Below, one piece after another: positions 17,050 through 24,294 of a stretch of 24,551 nt of DNA. This DNA comes from a virus (taxonomy: Duplodnaviria; Caudoviricetes). The notes beneath the pieces were generated by a model, which ran no database searches, was not told the origin of the DNA, and saw only the letters and a program-made list of their open reading frames with translations. The stretch is from IMG/VR virus record IMGVR_UViG_3300040971_000027, positions 1 through 24,551 of that record; one strand, written 5' to 3'. A program made the position numbers and the translations under genes. Every line of letters begins with the position of its first letter. Position 1 is the stretch's first letter.

Positions 17050-17790
17050 ATTTGCACAATTTACCCATGTTTTTAGGCATATAAGTAGATTGTTGTGCAA
17101 ATGCACTAAACCCTTTAGGGTATAATGTTAATCAAAAAATCAAGTATTGTACCCGATGGGGTTGACTTTCGTGCTATGTTTCGTTTGTAAAGTGTGCATG
17201 GTTGTACGGTTTTACGTTTGTAAAAGTGTACGTTATGTACGTTGTGTCCCTAATGATGTACTCGATTAGGGACATTATTCGTTAATCTGTTTCAGTATGC
17301 GCCTCGCCTTTCTGCGGTTCTCACGTTTCATGTATGACCAGATGTATTTCTTGCAACAGCAGTATTTCCGCAAAAAGCGATCTTCGTAAGTCAGTTTGCG
17401 GTAGATTCCTCTTTGCATATCTGCACCTCGCAATCGTGTTTTCCTCGATAATGCGGTGTAACATTCTAAATTTGTAATGTAACGTGCTGATGTTAGATTG
17501 CTTAACCTACATTTTGCAGTTTTCTAAAATTGTAGGTTGCTTTAATGTTGGTGTAAAGTTTGCTAATTTTGAGGATAATCTCGTAAAATCCAAAGTGCTG
17601 TGGTGGAATTTACGGATACAACCTTAAACTTTGGCTCGGTTTTGCTTGTTGTTTTGGCTTGTTTGCAACTGACTACGATTTGTAGTCGTTTTGTTGAGTT
17701 GATTGTAATTTCCATTTTGGAAATAACCACGCAATAATGACTTTTATGTGCGTTTTAATCACAGAATTATGATTTAATCGCACTTGTTGC
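17050..17790. repeat. Cluster of short, mutually different inverted repeats
   Basis: For example ATTTGCACAA/TTGTGCAAAT (17050/17093), TGTCCCTAAT/ATTAGGGACA (17245-17274), AACCTACAATTTT/AAAATTGTAGGTT (~17504-17538) and GACTAC/GTAGTC (~17671-17687). Confidence 0.7.
17275..17418 (-). CDS. Small basic protein (47 aa), not in ORF track
   Basis: Own translation MQRGIYRKLTYEDRFLRKYCCCKKYIWSYMKRENRRKARRILKQINE; GAGGTG RBS; hairpin directly after the stop. Confidence 0.6.
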   Translation of the reverse strand: MQRGIYRKLTYEDRFLRKYCCCKKYIWSYMKRENRRKARRILKQINE

Positions 17791-17875
17791 TGACGACAGC
17801 AAAATCGTAAGGAAGTGGGAGTCGCCCTTCGTTTCAGACGGCTCCCGATAAGAGAAAGGAGGGTTTCTCGTGAGG

Positions 17876-18439
17876 TTAGTGTATGACAATCGGCAAGTCT
17901 GGTACGGTCTTGGCTTGCTCTAAGAAGTTGTTCTTCACCCATTCGGGCAACGCTTCTGATAGCTCGTCTTGGAATATGATGTACGTTTCCAGCGAGATGC
18001 GCTTGTCTTTCAACCCGTACAATGGGTTGTAGGCGTACCACGATATACCGCCGATTGTGACTTCCTTTAAGACTTTGTGCTTCTTTGCCGCCTGTATTGT
18101 ATAGTAGGTGCTTCGGTTCTTGCACTTGAATATCTCTGAAATTCGGCTGATCGTAAGCGGTATGAACCGTCCGTGCTTTCGCTCTCCTAAAAGTTGCGAC
18201 GATCCTACAATGTAGGTCTGTAACCTGGACAACTTCCCTTGGTCTACCCACGACAACCCCGACGGCAGCGCAGAATCCGTAAACTTCTTGACGTAGTTCT
18301 CTCTTGGCTTGTATAAGAATCCTTTGTGGTCTGAGAACATGGCATCCACAAAGCGTTCTTTTCCGTAGGTGATCTCCCCTGTTTCAAGGTTCGTATGCTC
18401 TTGCCGTATTAGTTGCTTCCCTTTGTTCTTGACTCGCAT
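17876..18439 (-). CDS. RepL-like winged-helix DNA-binding protein
   Basis: NLETGEI N-terminal motif, HTH-like ISRISEIFKCKNRSTYYTI and YAYNP wing motif typical of Firmicute RepL-like proteins; AAAGGGG RBS. Confidence 0.65.
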   Translation of the reverse strand: MRVKNKGKQLIRQEHTNLETGEITYGKERFVDAMFSDHKGFLYKPRENYVKKFTDSALPSGLSWVDQGKLSRLQTYIVGSSQLLGERKHGRFIPLTISRISEIFKCKNRSTYYTIQAAKKHKVLKEVTIGGISWYAYNPLYGLKDKRISLETYIIFQDELSEALPEWVKNNFLEQAKTVPDLPIVIH

Positions 18440-18473
18440 ACAGACCCCTTTCCGCTTCTAAATTTTAGGGTGC

Positions 18474-18522
18474 TGTGCACTCTCATTGCACAAAGTGGTA
18501 TCTTTTGTGCACTCTCATTGCA
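18474..18522. promoter_or_regulatory. Two 17-bp direct repeats TGTGCACTCTCATTGCA (operator/iteron-like)
   Basis: Exact copies at 18474-18490 and 18506-18522, 32 bp apart, each containing TGCA-N7-TGCA. Confidence 0.75.
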
Positions 18523-18616
18523 AAAGCACTTTGCCTGTGCGTGTTCAAATATCAATCAGCATCGGGAGTCAAAAAGATCCGTTCCTTATGTATGTATATA
18601 ACGCTGATCTTTAAGG

Positions 18617-19096
18617 TCAAGGGCGTACCCCTTTTGTAGATGCCCTTTTCTTCTTGTCTTGTGCTGCAAATATGTCGATGTGGTTGTAGAAGTTCCAGAT
18701 ACCGTTTTCTTCTTTGTATCGGTTCAGTAGTAGCGACCATGTGTTTCTGGCAAGGATGTAGTTCTCTTTGCCTGTCAGTACGCCGATGCGCTTCTTCGCT
18801 TCCAATGCCCCTATCTGCGAGTCAAAGTACAGTTCAAGTGTAGGTAGCACCTTCTCATACTCAACCATTGGTTTTCTGCCCCTGTCGCCACGCTTCTTGT
18901 ACGACTTGTCGTGCGCCTTGCAATGACACTTATAGCAAAGTGGCACTATGTTCCTTGCTTGATGGCTACCACCATTACACAAAGGAACGATGTGGTGGAG
19001 TTCTATGTCTGTGTCTGAACCACAATTCAAACAAACATAGCCATATAACCGTGAAATCTCTGACTTCATGGTTTTTGTAAGCGACATTCGTTTCAT
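18617..19096 (-). CDS. HNH endonuclease with C-terminal extension
   Basis: CLNC...ELHHIVP...GG...NIVPLCYKCHCKAH; AGGAG RBS. Confidence 0.92.
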   Translation of the reverse strand: MKRMSLTKTMKSEISRLYGYVCLNCGSDTDIELHHIVPLCNGGSHQARNIVPLCYKCHCKAHDKSYKKRGDRGRKPMVEYEKVLPTLELYFDSQIGALEAKKRIGVLTGKENYILARNTWSLLLNRYKEENGIWNFYNHIDIFAAQDKKKRASTKGVRP

Positions 19097-19178
19097 GGGT
19101 TCTCCTGGAAATCAAGGTTGCGTTAAGCACAAATACACTATATAGGTCGCCCACGGAGGCGTACCCCTTTTGTAGATG
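18622..19178. repeat. Perfect 21-bp direct repeat GGCGTACCCCTTTTGTAGATG bracketing the HNH gene
   Basis: Copies at 18622-18642 and 19158-19178. Confidence 0.9.
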
Positions 19179-19340
19179 AGGTCTTTCGCTGATCGCTGTG
19201 CGGTCTACATCTAATAGGTGCATGGGGGAGGGGTCTTTTTATGCCATATAGGGGGATTGTTAAATAATAGTTCCTATTCCCTAAATCAACATTTACGGGG
19301 GTGATGTTTAGAATCGTTGTAATTCCAACGGTTGCAGCCA

Positions 19341-19772
19341 TCACTCTAACAACTGATAACCCAACTTTGACAGTAAAGCATCGATTTCCGTGTCATCTGC
19401 GTCAATTTCGACGGTATCGTTCGTGTTTTCGGTCGGTTTATCCTGGTAGCCGAAAGCGTTCTTCATATAGAAGATTGCCATCGCCGGAGCGCCTTTATAG
19501 TTGATCGCTCTATCCTCTAATGCGTGAGAAGCCTTTTTGTATGACTCGGGATAGTATGCTTCTTGCTCATAAAACGTATCTTCCGTAATATCAGCGAAAA
19601 CGCAAAACCCCTTCTTGTTTGCCAAATCCTTCCGATCCTCGCAAACCTTAAGATATTCTAGGATAGCACTTTGAAACGATTCTTCTGTGGGGAATCTCCG
19701 TGGTCTACCAATCTTGGCGGGTAGCAACTCGGGATGATCAGCGTAGTATTCCTTTGTTCGCTTCCGTGCCAC
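19341..19772 (-). CDS. terS: Terminase small subunit (P22 gp3-like)
   Basis: GRPRRF.T.E.FQ.AI.EY, GFCVFA.I...TFY and AIFYMKNAFGYQDK; AAGGA RBS, GTG start. Confidence 0.85.
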   Translation of the reverse strand: MARKRTKEYYADHPELLPAKIGRPRRFPTEESFQSAILEYLKVCEDRKDLANKKGFCVFADITEDTFYEQEAYYPESYKKASHALEDRAINYKGAPAMAIFYMKNAFGYQDKPTENTNDTVEIDADDTEIDALLSKLGYQLLE

Positions 19773-19812
19773 GGTGTCACATCCTTACATTATATAAGCG
19801 GAAAACTGCAAT

Positions 19813-19849
19813 AAAAAAACCGCCGATCGGGTTGTAACCTGGTGGCGGT
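19813..19849 (-). terminator. Intrinsic terminator between the leftward promoter and terS
   Basis: ACCGCC...GGCGGT stem with an inner stem, followed by a T run. Confidence 0.75.
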
Positions 19850-19870
19850 GTGTTTCTTGTCTACCCTACA

Positions 19871-19899
19871 TATATACCACATCTTGCGCTAACTGTCAA
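19871..19899 (-). promoter_or_regulatory. Putative leftward sigmaA promoter (late operon)
   Basis: TTGACA (19899-19894), 17-bp spacer ending in TGG, then TATATA. Confidence 0.55.
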
Positions 19900-19966
19900 T
19901 AGAGGTACAAGGGATAGGCGATAAAAAGTTTTTAGTGCAATGTGAGTGCAAATTGAAAAATAACTG

Positions 19967-19995
19967 TTGACAATGACGTTTGTTGGGTGTATAGT
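19967..19995 (+). promoter_or_regulatory. Near-consensus rightward sigmaA promoter
   Basis: TTGACA-17 bp-TATAGT with an A-rich upstream tract. Confidence 0.85.
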
Positions 19996-20040
19996 GTAAT
20001 TAATCAAACGCCACTTGACGCAGTAACGGAGGATCACAAA

Positions 20041-20262
20041 ATGAAAAGCATGATTAAATGGTTGATCGCAAACAATCTAAAATTCAGACCCGTAACAATG
20101 ACCAACGGTAAAAACGGAATCATGGTAGACACCAATTACAACGGTGAATACCCCAAAGCGGAAACATTCCACACCCACAGCATGATAGAAAAGAAAGCAA
20201 GCCGCCTAAAACTAAACGGCGAACCCAGAGGACATTGGACAGCGTATCTAATAACAGAATAG
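20041..20262 (+). CDS. Hypothetical protein (73 aa)
   Basis: GGAGG RBS before the ATG at 20041; the track start at 19987 lies inside the promoter. Confidence 0.8.
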   Translation: MKSMIKWLIANNLKFRPVTMTNGKNGIMVDTNYNGEYPKAETFHTHSMIEKKASRLKLNGEPRGHWTAYLITE

Positions 20263-20370
20263 CCGCCGATCCCCTACCACAGATCACGACGGCTAAAACC
20301 ACCACCACAGAGCGGGAGCGGATACCTAATTATAAAGTATCCCCCCCAAAAAAACAAGGAGGGAACGAAA

Positions 20371-21234
20371 ATGAACGTTTACGAAATCGTAACTGAACGA
20401 ATGATTGAAGAACTCAAAAAGGGAAACATCCCTTGGTTGAAACCTTGGACAGGGACAAAAGACGGCGCATACAGCCGCAGCACGGGGCGCGCATACTCTT
20501 TTATCAATCAAATGATGCTAAAGCACACAGGCGAATATCTAACCTATAAGCAAGCAACAGAAGCGGGTGGTAGCGTTCGCAAAGGCGAAAAATCAGAACT
20601 GGTCGTATTTTTCAAACCCTATCCAGTCAAAGATACGGACGCAAGCGGCAAGCAAGTAGATAAAATTATTCCCTTGTTGCGCTACTACAATGTATTTCAC
20701 ATCACGCAATGCGACGGTATAGAAGCCAAATATCAGCCAGAAGAAGTCAAAATATTTGATCCGATTGCAGAAGCCGAAAGTTTGAAAGACGAATATATCA
20801 GCCGAGAAGGGATTTCATATTTAGAGGAAGTTGGCAACAGGGCATATTATTCTCCAAAATTGGACGCTGTAAAACTACCAGATCGCTCACAATTTGACCA
20901 GGTAAGCGAGTTTTATTCAACAGTATTCCATGAGTTGGTCCACAGCACTGGACACGAAAAACGGCTCAATCGTTTAACAAAAGATGCTCATTTTGGAAAT
21001 CAGGAATACAGCAAAGAAGAACTTGTTGCCGAGATTGGCGCAGCCGCCATATTGAACAAACTAAATATTGAATCAGACAGCAGCATAAAGAATAATATCG
21101 CATACGTTGGTAGTTGGCTCAAAGCATTGCAAAACGATTCAAAGATGATAATCTATGCAGCAGGAAAAGCAGAAAAAGCCGTCAATTTGATTATGGGAAT
21201 CTCCGTTGAAAAGACAGAATCGGAGGTAGCATAA
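20371..21234 (+). CDS. ardC: ArdC-like anti-restriction protein (ssDNA-binding domain + zincin-like MPTase domain)
   Basis: YEIVTERMIEEL..G.IPW.KPW, TGRAYS.IN, TYKQA...GG.VRKGEK, Y.VF...Q.DG, AYYSP..D, HELVHSTGH and YSKEELVAE. Confidence 0.9.
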   Translation: MNVYEIVTERMIEELKKGNIPWLKPWTGTKDGAYSRSTGRAYSFINQMMLKHTGEYLTYKQATEAGGSVRKGEKSELVVFFKPYPVKDTDASGKQVDKIIPLLRYYNVFHITQCDGIEAKYQPEEVKIFDPIAEAESLKDEYISREGISYLEEVGNRAYYSPKLDAVKLPDRSQFDQVSEFYSTVFHELVHSTGHEKRLNRLTKDAHFGNQEYSKEELVAEIGAAAILNKLNIESDSSIKNNIAYVGSWLKALQNDSKMIIYAAGKAEKAVNLIMGISVEKTESEVA

Positions 21235-21383
21235 TGTACCTCATCCCCGCCGACCCAGTAACCTTCCGTCGCCAGCAACGGCAACGGCGGTACAGAATCA
21301 AAGTAACAGTTTTGCAAGTAGTTAACGGAATGATGTTGTTGTCCATCCTGTTATGGGCAGCAGCGCAGGGATCATGGAGGTAG
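21234..21383 (+). CDS. Small basic membrane protein (49 aa), not in ORF track
   Basis: Own translation MYLIPADPVTFRRQQRQRRYRIKVTVLQVVNGMMLLSILLWAAAQGSWR; GGAGGT RBS; TAATG coupling to ardC. Confidence 0.65.
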   Translation: MYLIPADPVTFRRQQRQRRYRIKVTVLQVVNGMMLLSILLWAAAQGSWR

Positions 21384-21481
21384 GAACGTACCACCCACCC
21401 GCAAAAACTCGCTGTACGGTCAAATTAGAGCCTCGCCCGTGGCATGGTAACGGGCAGAAAGTCAAAATGGGGGGTTAAACA

Positions 21482-21889
21482 ATGAGATACTTTAACGCAG
21501 AGCAAAAAGCATATATGCAGGCAAAAGCAATCCTTGCGACATTGCAAGATGAAGAAAACGCACTAGATGAAAAGTACATAAAAGAAAACAACATAACAAA
21601 TCCAGACGGTACAATGCCGACCAGAACATACGCAATAGAAGATGATACCACCGCAGAAAAAGCGATACACGAAGTTGGTAAATTATTAGCGAACAGCGGC
21701 CTTTGGGATGATATACTAAAAGCCAGAGAACTACTCAAAGAAACAGAAAACGCTTTAATAGCGTACGGCTTGAAGATCGCACCCGCATCCACAAGAGAAA
21801 CGCTTTCTAACGCATCAAAAACAAACTATACCGTACGTGACAAAATGATAAATGCAATAATGTTATTAGACACAAGAACCATAAAATAA
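21482..21889 (+). CDS. Hypothetical helical protein (135 aa)
   Basis: GGGGG RBS; co-oriented within the island. Confidence 0.8.
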   Translation: MRYFNAEQKAYMQAKAILATLQDEENALDEKYIKENNITNPDGTMPTRTYAIEDDTTAEKAIHEVGKLLANSGLWDDILKARELLKETENALIAYGLKIAPASTRETLSNASKTNYTVRDKMINAIMLLDTRTIK

Positions 21890-21902
21890 GGAGGAAATTA
21901 AA

Positions 21903-22136
21903 ATGCCAAGAGGACACCACACCCCAAGCCAGCACCCTGTCGCCGTCCGACGTATCGCAAAGGGGTTGACTCGCAGCCAACTGTCGGAACAAACAGGCGT
22001 AGCGTTCGACACCATTGCACGATGGGAGCAAGGTTCACGGTCAATCAGAAATTCGCCCTGCGAGATTGTGGTCAGGGTAGCGAAGGTCTTGAAGTGCAAG
22101 CCGGAGGAATTATTTGAAGAAGTGAAGGGAGAATGA
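21903..22136 (+). CDS. XRE-family helix-turn-helix regulator
   Basis: RIAKGLTRSQLSEQTGV..DTIARWEQG and VAKVLKC..EEL; GAGGA RBS. Confidence 0.9.
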   Translation: MPRGHHTPSQHPVAVRRIAKGLTRSQLSEQTGVAFDTIARWEQGSRSIRNSPCEIVVRVAKVLKCKPEELFEEVKGE

Positions 22137-22137
22137 A

Positions 22138-22338
22138 ATGGATTGCAAACTTTATACGCAAAAGGAATCTGTTGTAAATGGTCACCATGTTTGGCACTAC
22201 TTAATATCAACCCCTATTGGAGATTATCACATAATACAGTATGAAGAACTCGACATGACCATATCAGAAAAGATTGTCAGAACGAACACGGAAGCGGAGC
22301 AAATATACAAAAGGCGTGTAAGATATTTAAGCCGATAG
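22138..22338 (+). CDS. Hypothetical protein (66 aa)
   Basis: Begins 1 nt after the HTH stop; GGGAG RBS; ends before the terminator. Confidence 0.7.
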   Translation: MDCKLYTQKESVVNGHHVWHYLISTPIGDYHIIQYEELDMTISEKIVRTNTEAEQIYKRRVRYLSR

Positions 22339-22346
22339 CAGAACTG

Positions 22347-22379
22347 AAAATGAGGGGAGCAAACGCTCCCCTTGTTTTT
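22347..22379. terminator. Bidirectional terminator between convergent genes
   Basis: AGGGGAGC-AAAC-GCTCCCCT flanked by A and T tracts. Confidence 0.8.
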
Positions 22380-22761
22380 ATTCTAACAACTCTAAAACAT
22401 CGTGGACATTGCCTATGATTTCAAATTTGTTAACATATCGCTGCGCAAACAAACTTGAACCTTTCTTGCTGTTAAACTCCCACGCAGCAGAATTTTCTGC
22501 CCATTTGACAGTAAACACCAAGCCATCGCCATCTCTCACAATATCCCCTTCATAAATTTCATTGCCATTGGCATCCTTTCTTCCTGTGTATTGACCAAGT
22601 GTAGTTAAAACAATTTCACAATCTTCAATTTGAAAAAACTTTTTTGGGCATTCGGGGAACACAACTTTTTTAATAAAATTATTCCCAAGGTGGTTGCTCC
22701 AAAAGTAACCAACCACCCATTCACCTCTTCTTGTTTTGCCCCTAAACTTAATATCTCGCAT
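22378..22761 (-). CDS. YopX family protein
   Basis: MRDIKFRGK, LGQYTGRKDANGNEIYEGDIV and EIIGNVHD. Confidence 0.92.
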   Translation of the reverse strand: MRDIKFRGKTRRGEWVVGYFWSNHLGNNFIKKVVFPECPKKFFQIEDCEIVLTTLGQYTGRKDANGNEIYEGDIVRDGDGLVFTVKWAENSAAWEFNSKKGSSLFAQRYVNKFEIIGNVHDVLELLE

Positions 22762-22994
22762 TACTCACTTGTCCCCTCCCTTATTTTGCACTCAATCTCG
22801 CGTCCTTCAATGATAAGTTCGAAGTTTGAACCGTTCCACTTGTCAAGTTTGCGTTGCGCTTGCGACAAGGTTTCAGATTCCTCAATCATGCTATATAAAT
22901 CAATAAGTTGCAGAAATAAATATTCAACCGTGGATTCAAGGTCTTTAATTTGCTTTTCATAATCTTCCATCACCTCTCTTGCCCAATCATTCAT
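22761..22994 (-). CDS. Hypothetical coiled-coil protein
   Basis: Start and stop overlap both neighbours. Confidence 0.7.
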   Translation of the reverse strand: MNDWAREVMEDYEKQIKDLESTVEYLFLQLIDLYSMIEESETLSQAQRKLDKWNGSNFELIIEGREIECKIREGTSE

Positions 22995-23269
22995 TTCTTG
23001 CTCACCTTTCCCTTGCTTTTCAATCCTTTTTCAATTTCTCTGATTCTTTCGTTCATACGATTAGTTTTCACATCAAGATCATGTATTCTGGTATTGATAA
23101 ATCTAATACCGCTTTGAGCGGCATACGCATCTTCTTCGATCTGTTTAATTTTGGCTGTTCGCTCTTCTTTTTTGTTTATAAAATGATAAGTCACAGTGCG
23201 TACAAATATAGCAAAGCCAATCATCGCAATCAAAGTTACAACCCAAAACACAACCAAATTAACGTACAT
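22991..23269 (-). CDS. Membrane-anchored coiled-coil hypothetical protein
   Basis: N-terminal hydrophobic helix; AGGAGG RBS. Confidence 0.72.
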   Translation of the reverse strand: MYVNLVVFWVVTLIAMIGFAIFVRTVTYHFINKKEERTAKIKQIEEDAYAAQSGIRFINTRIHDLDVKTNRMNERIREIEKGLKSKGKVSKK

Positions 23270-23510
23270 CGCAATCCTCCTTCTGCTGGGTATACATCAC
23301 CATGTGGTAATAAGAATCAATTTTTTGCTCCCAATCATCAAAACCCATAAATTTAAGCACTAACTCATTCAATTCAATGTCGCACCGATCACAGATCGGT
23401 CGGTACTGATTCCCGTCGGAGCATATCTGCCATTGCCGCGACGCTTGGTTCCCGCATCGAAAACATTTTAATCTGCGTATGCCAACTTTTGTGTACGGCT
23501 TTGTCCTCAT
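23259..23510 (-). CDS. Cys-rich (Zn-binding) hypothetical protein
   Basis: CFRC...CDRC; start MRTKPY with GAGGGG RBS and ATGA overlap (track start over-extended). Confidence 0.7.
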   Translation of the reverse strand: MRTKPYTKVGIRRLKCFRCGNQASRQWQICSDGNQYRPICDRCDIELNELVLKFMGFDDWEQKIDSYYHMVMYTQQKEDCDVR

Positions 23511-23710
23511 TGCTTCCCCTCCCCTTCCACTCCTTGTTGACATCTTAATTCTTTTACCAAAAGATCGTTTAGTTCCTTGCTTATATCTTTCCACAGAAAA
23601 CCATTATTTGTACGCAGTCCAATACTATATGTATTAGTGTAAGTGTCCTTACAAGACCTCACGACTCCGTCACTTGTTTGTAATAATACCGTCAGTTCGG
23701 CACCTTTCAT
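23507..23710 (-). CDS. Hypothetical protein (67 aa)
   Basis: Tiles between neighbours; GGGGTG RBS. Confidence 0.6.
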   Translation of the reverse strand: MKGAELTVLLQTSDGVVRSCKDTYTNTYSIGLRTNNGFLWKDISKELNDLLVKELRCQQGVEGEGKQ

Positions 23711-23714
23711 AAGG

Positions 23715-23903
23715 TCACACCCCTTCCTTCTTGGTTAGATAAATGTTTCGTTCACACTTTGCACATACCTCAGCGCCATTCTTTTCATTCTTGATAATGC
23801 AGGTATTACACATCCAGCATTCGTGCCAAGCCCGTTTAACTTCACTTGCACGTAGCTCCTCTATGAGTCCGTCTACTAACATCTGCTTCACAAGTTTAAT
23901 CAT
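23715..23903 (-). CDS. Cys-rich hypothetical protein (62 aa)
   Basis: CWMC..C...CAKC; AAGGAG RBS. Confidence 0.65.
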   Translation of the reverse strand: MIKLVKQMLVDGLIEELRASEVKRAWHECWMCNTCIIKNEKNGAEVCAKCERNIYLTKKEGV

Positions 23904-23916
23904 TCTCCTTCACCCC

Positions 23917-24294
23917 CTATTCGCAATACTTTCTCACAACTTTCAGCACCCAAACATCGCTGACCTCTGCGCCCTCGGCAATCTTGCGGTAACTCTTTCC
24001 GTCAAGATGTCCAAGCAGCATACTCCACGCATCTTTGGGCGCAACCTCTTTCACTCTTGCAATCAACCCACGCACGGCGGTTTCATACTCGGTGATCGCT
24101 TCCATGATTTCATGGTCAATGTCGGCGGTAGCGGTAGCGAGATCGCCCACAGGATCGCTGACACCTGGTTTCCTTGGCATCCCGTCAAGGTCTTTGCCGT
24201 ACGCCAGTATGTCCTCTTTTTTGCGGGCAAGCCGACGGATATTTTCCTTATGGTTCTGGATCAAATATTGTTCTGCTTTGGTTATTTTGTCCAA
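23917..24294 (-). CDS. Putative transcriptional activator with C-terminal sigma-region-4-like HTH (RinA/ArpU-like)
   Basis: GMPRKPGVSDPVGDLA and DGKSYRKIAE...VS..WV; TTG start with GGGGAAGG RBS. Confidence 0.6.
   Translation of the reverse strand: MDKITKAEQYLIQNHKENIRRLARKKEDILAYGKDLDGMPRKPGVSDPVGDLATATADIDHEIMEAITEYETAVRGLIARVKEVAPKDAWSMLLGHLDGKSYRKIAEGAEVSDVWVLKVVRKYCE

Noticed and set aside
17040-17790. CRISPR array
   Set aside because: No constant repeat with regular spacers, and no cas genes.
17673-18251. 192-aa minus-strand ORF
   Set aside because: Out-of-frame overlap with the RepL-like gene, with no RBS or motifs.
19138-19344. 68-aa ORF coupled to terS
   Set aside because: Despite the ATGA overlap, it crosses G-tract and repeat sequence and has no clear RBS or protein features; left unannotated.
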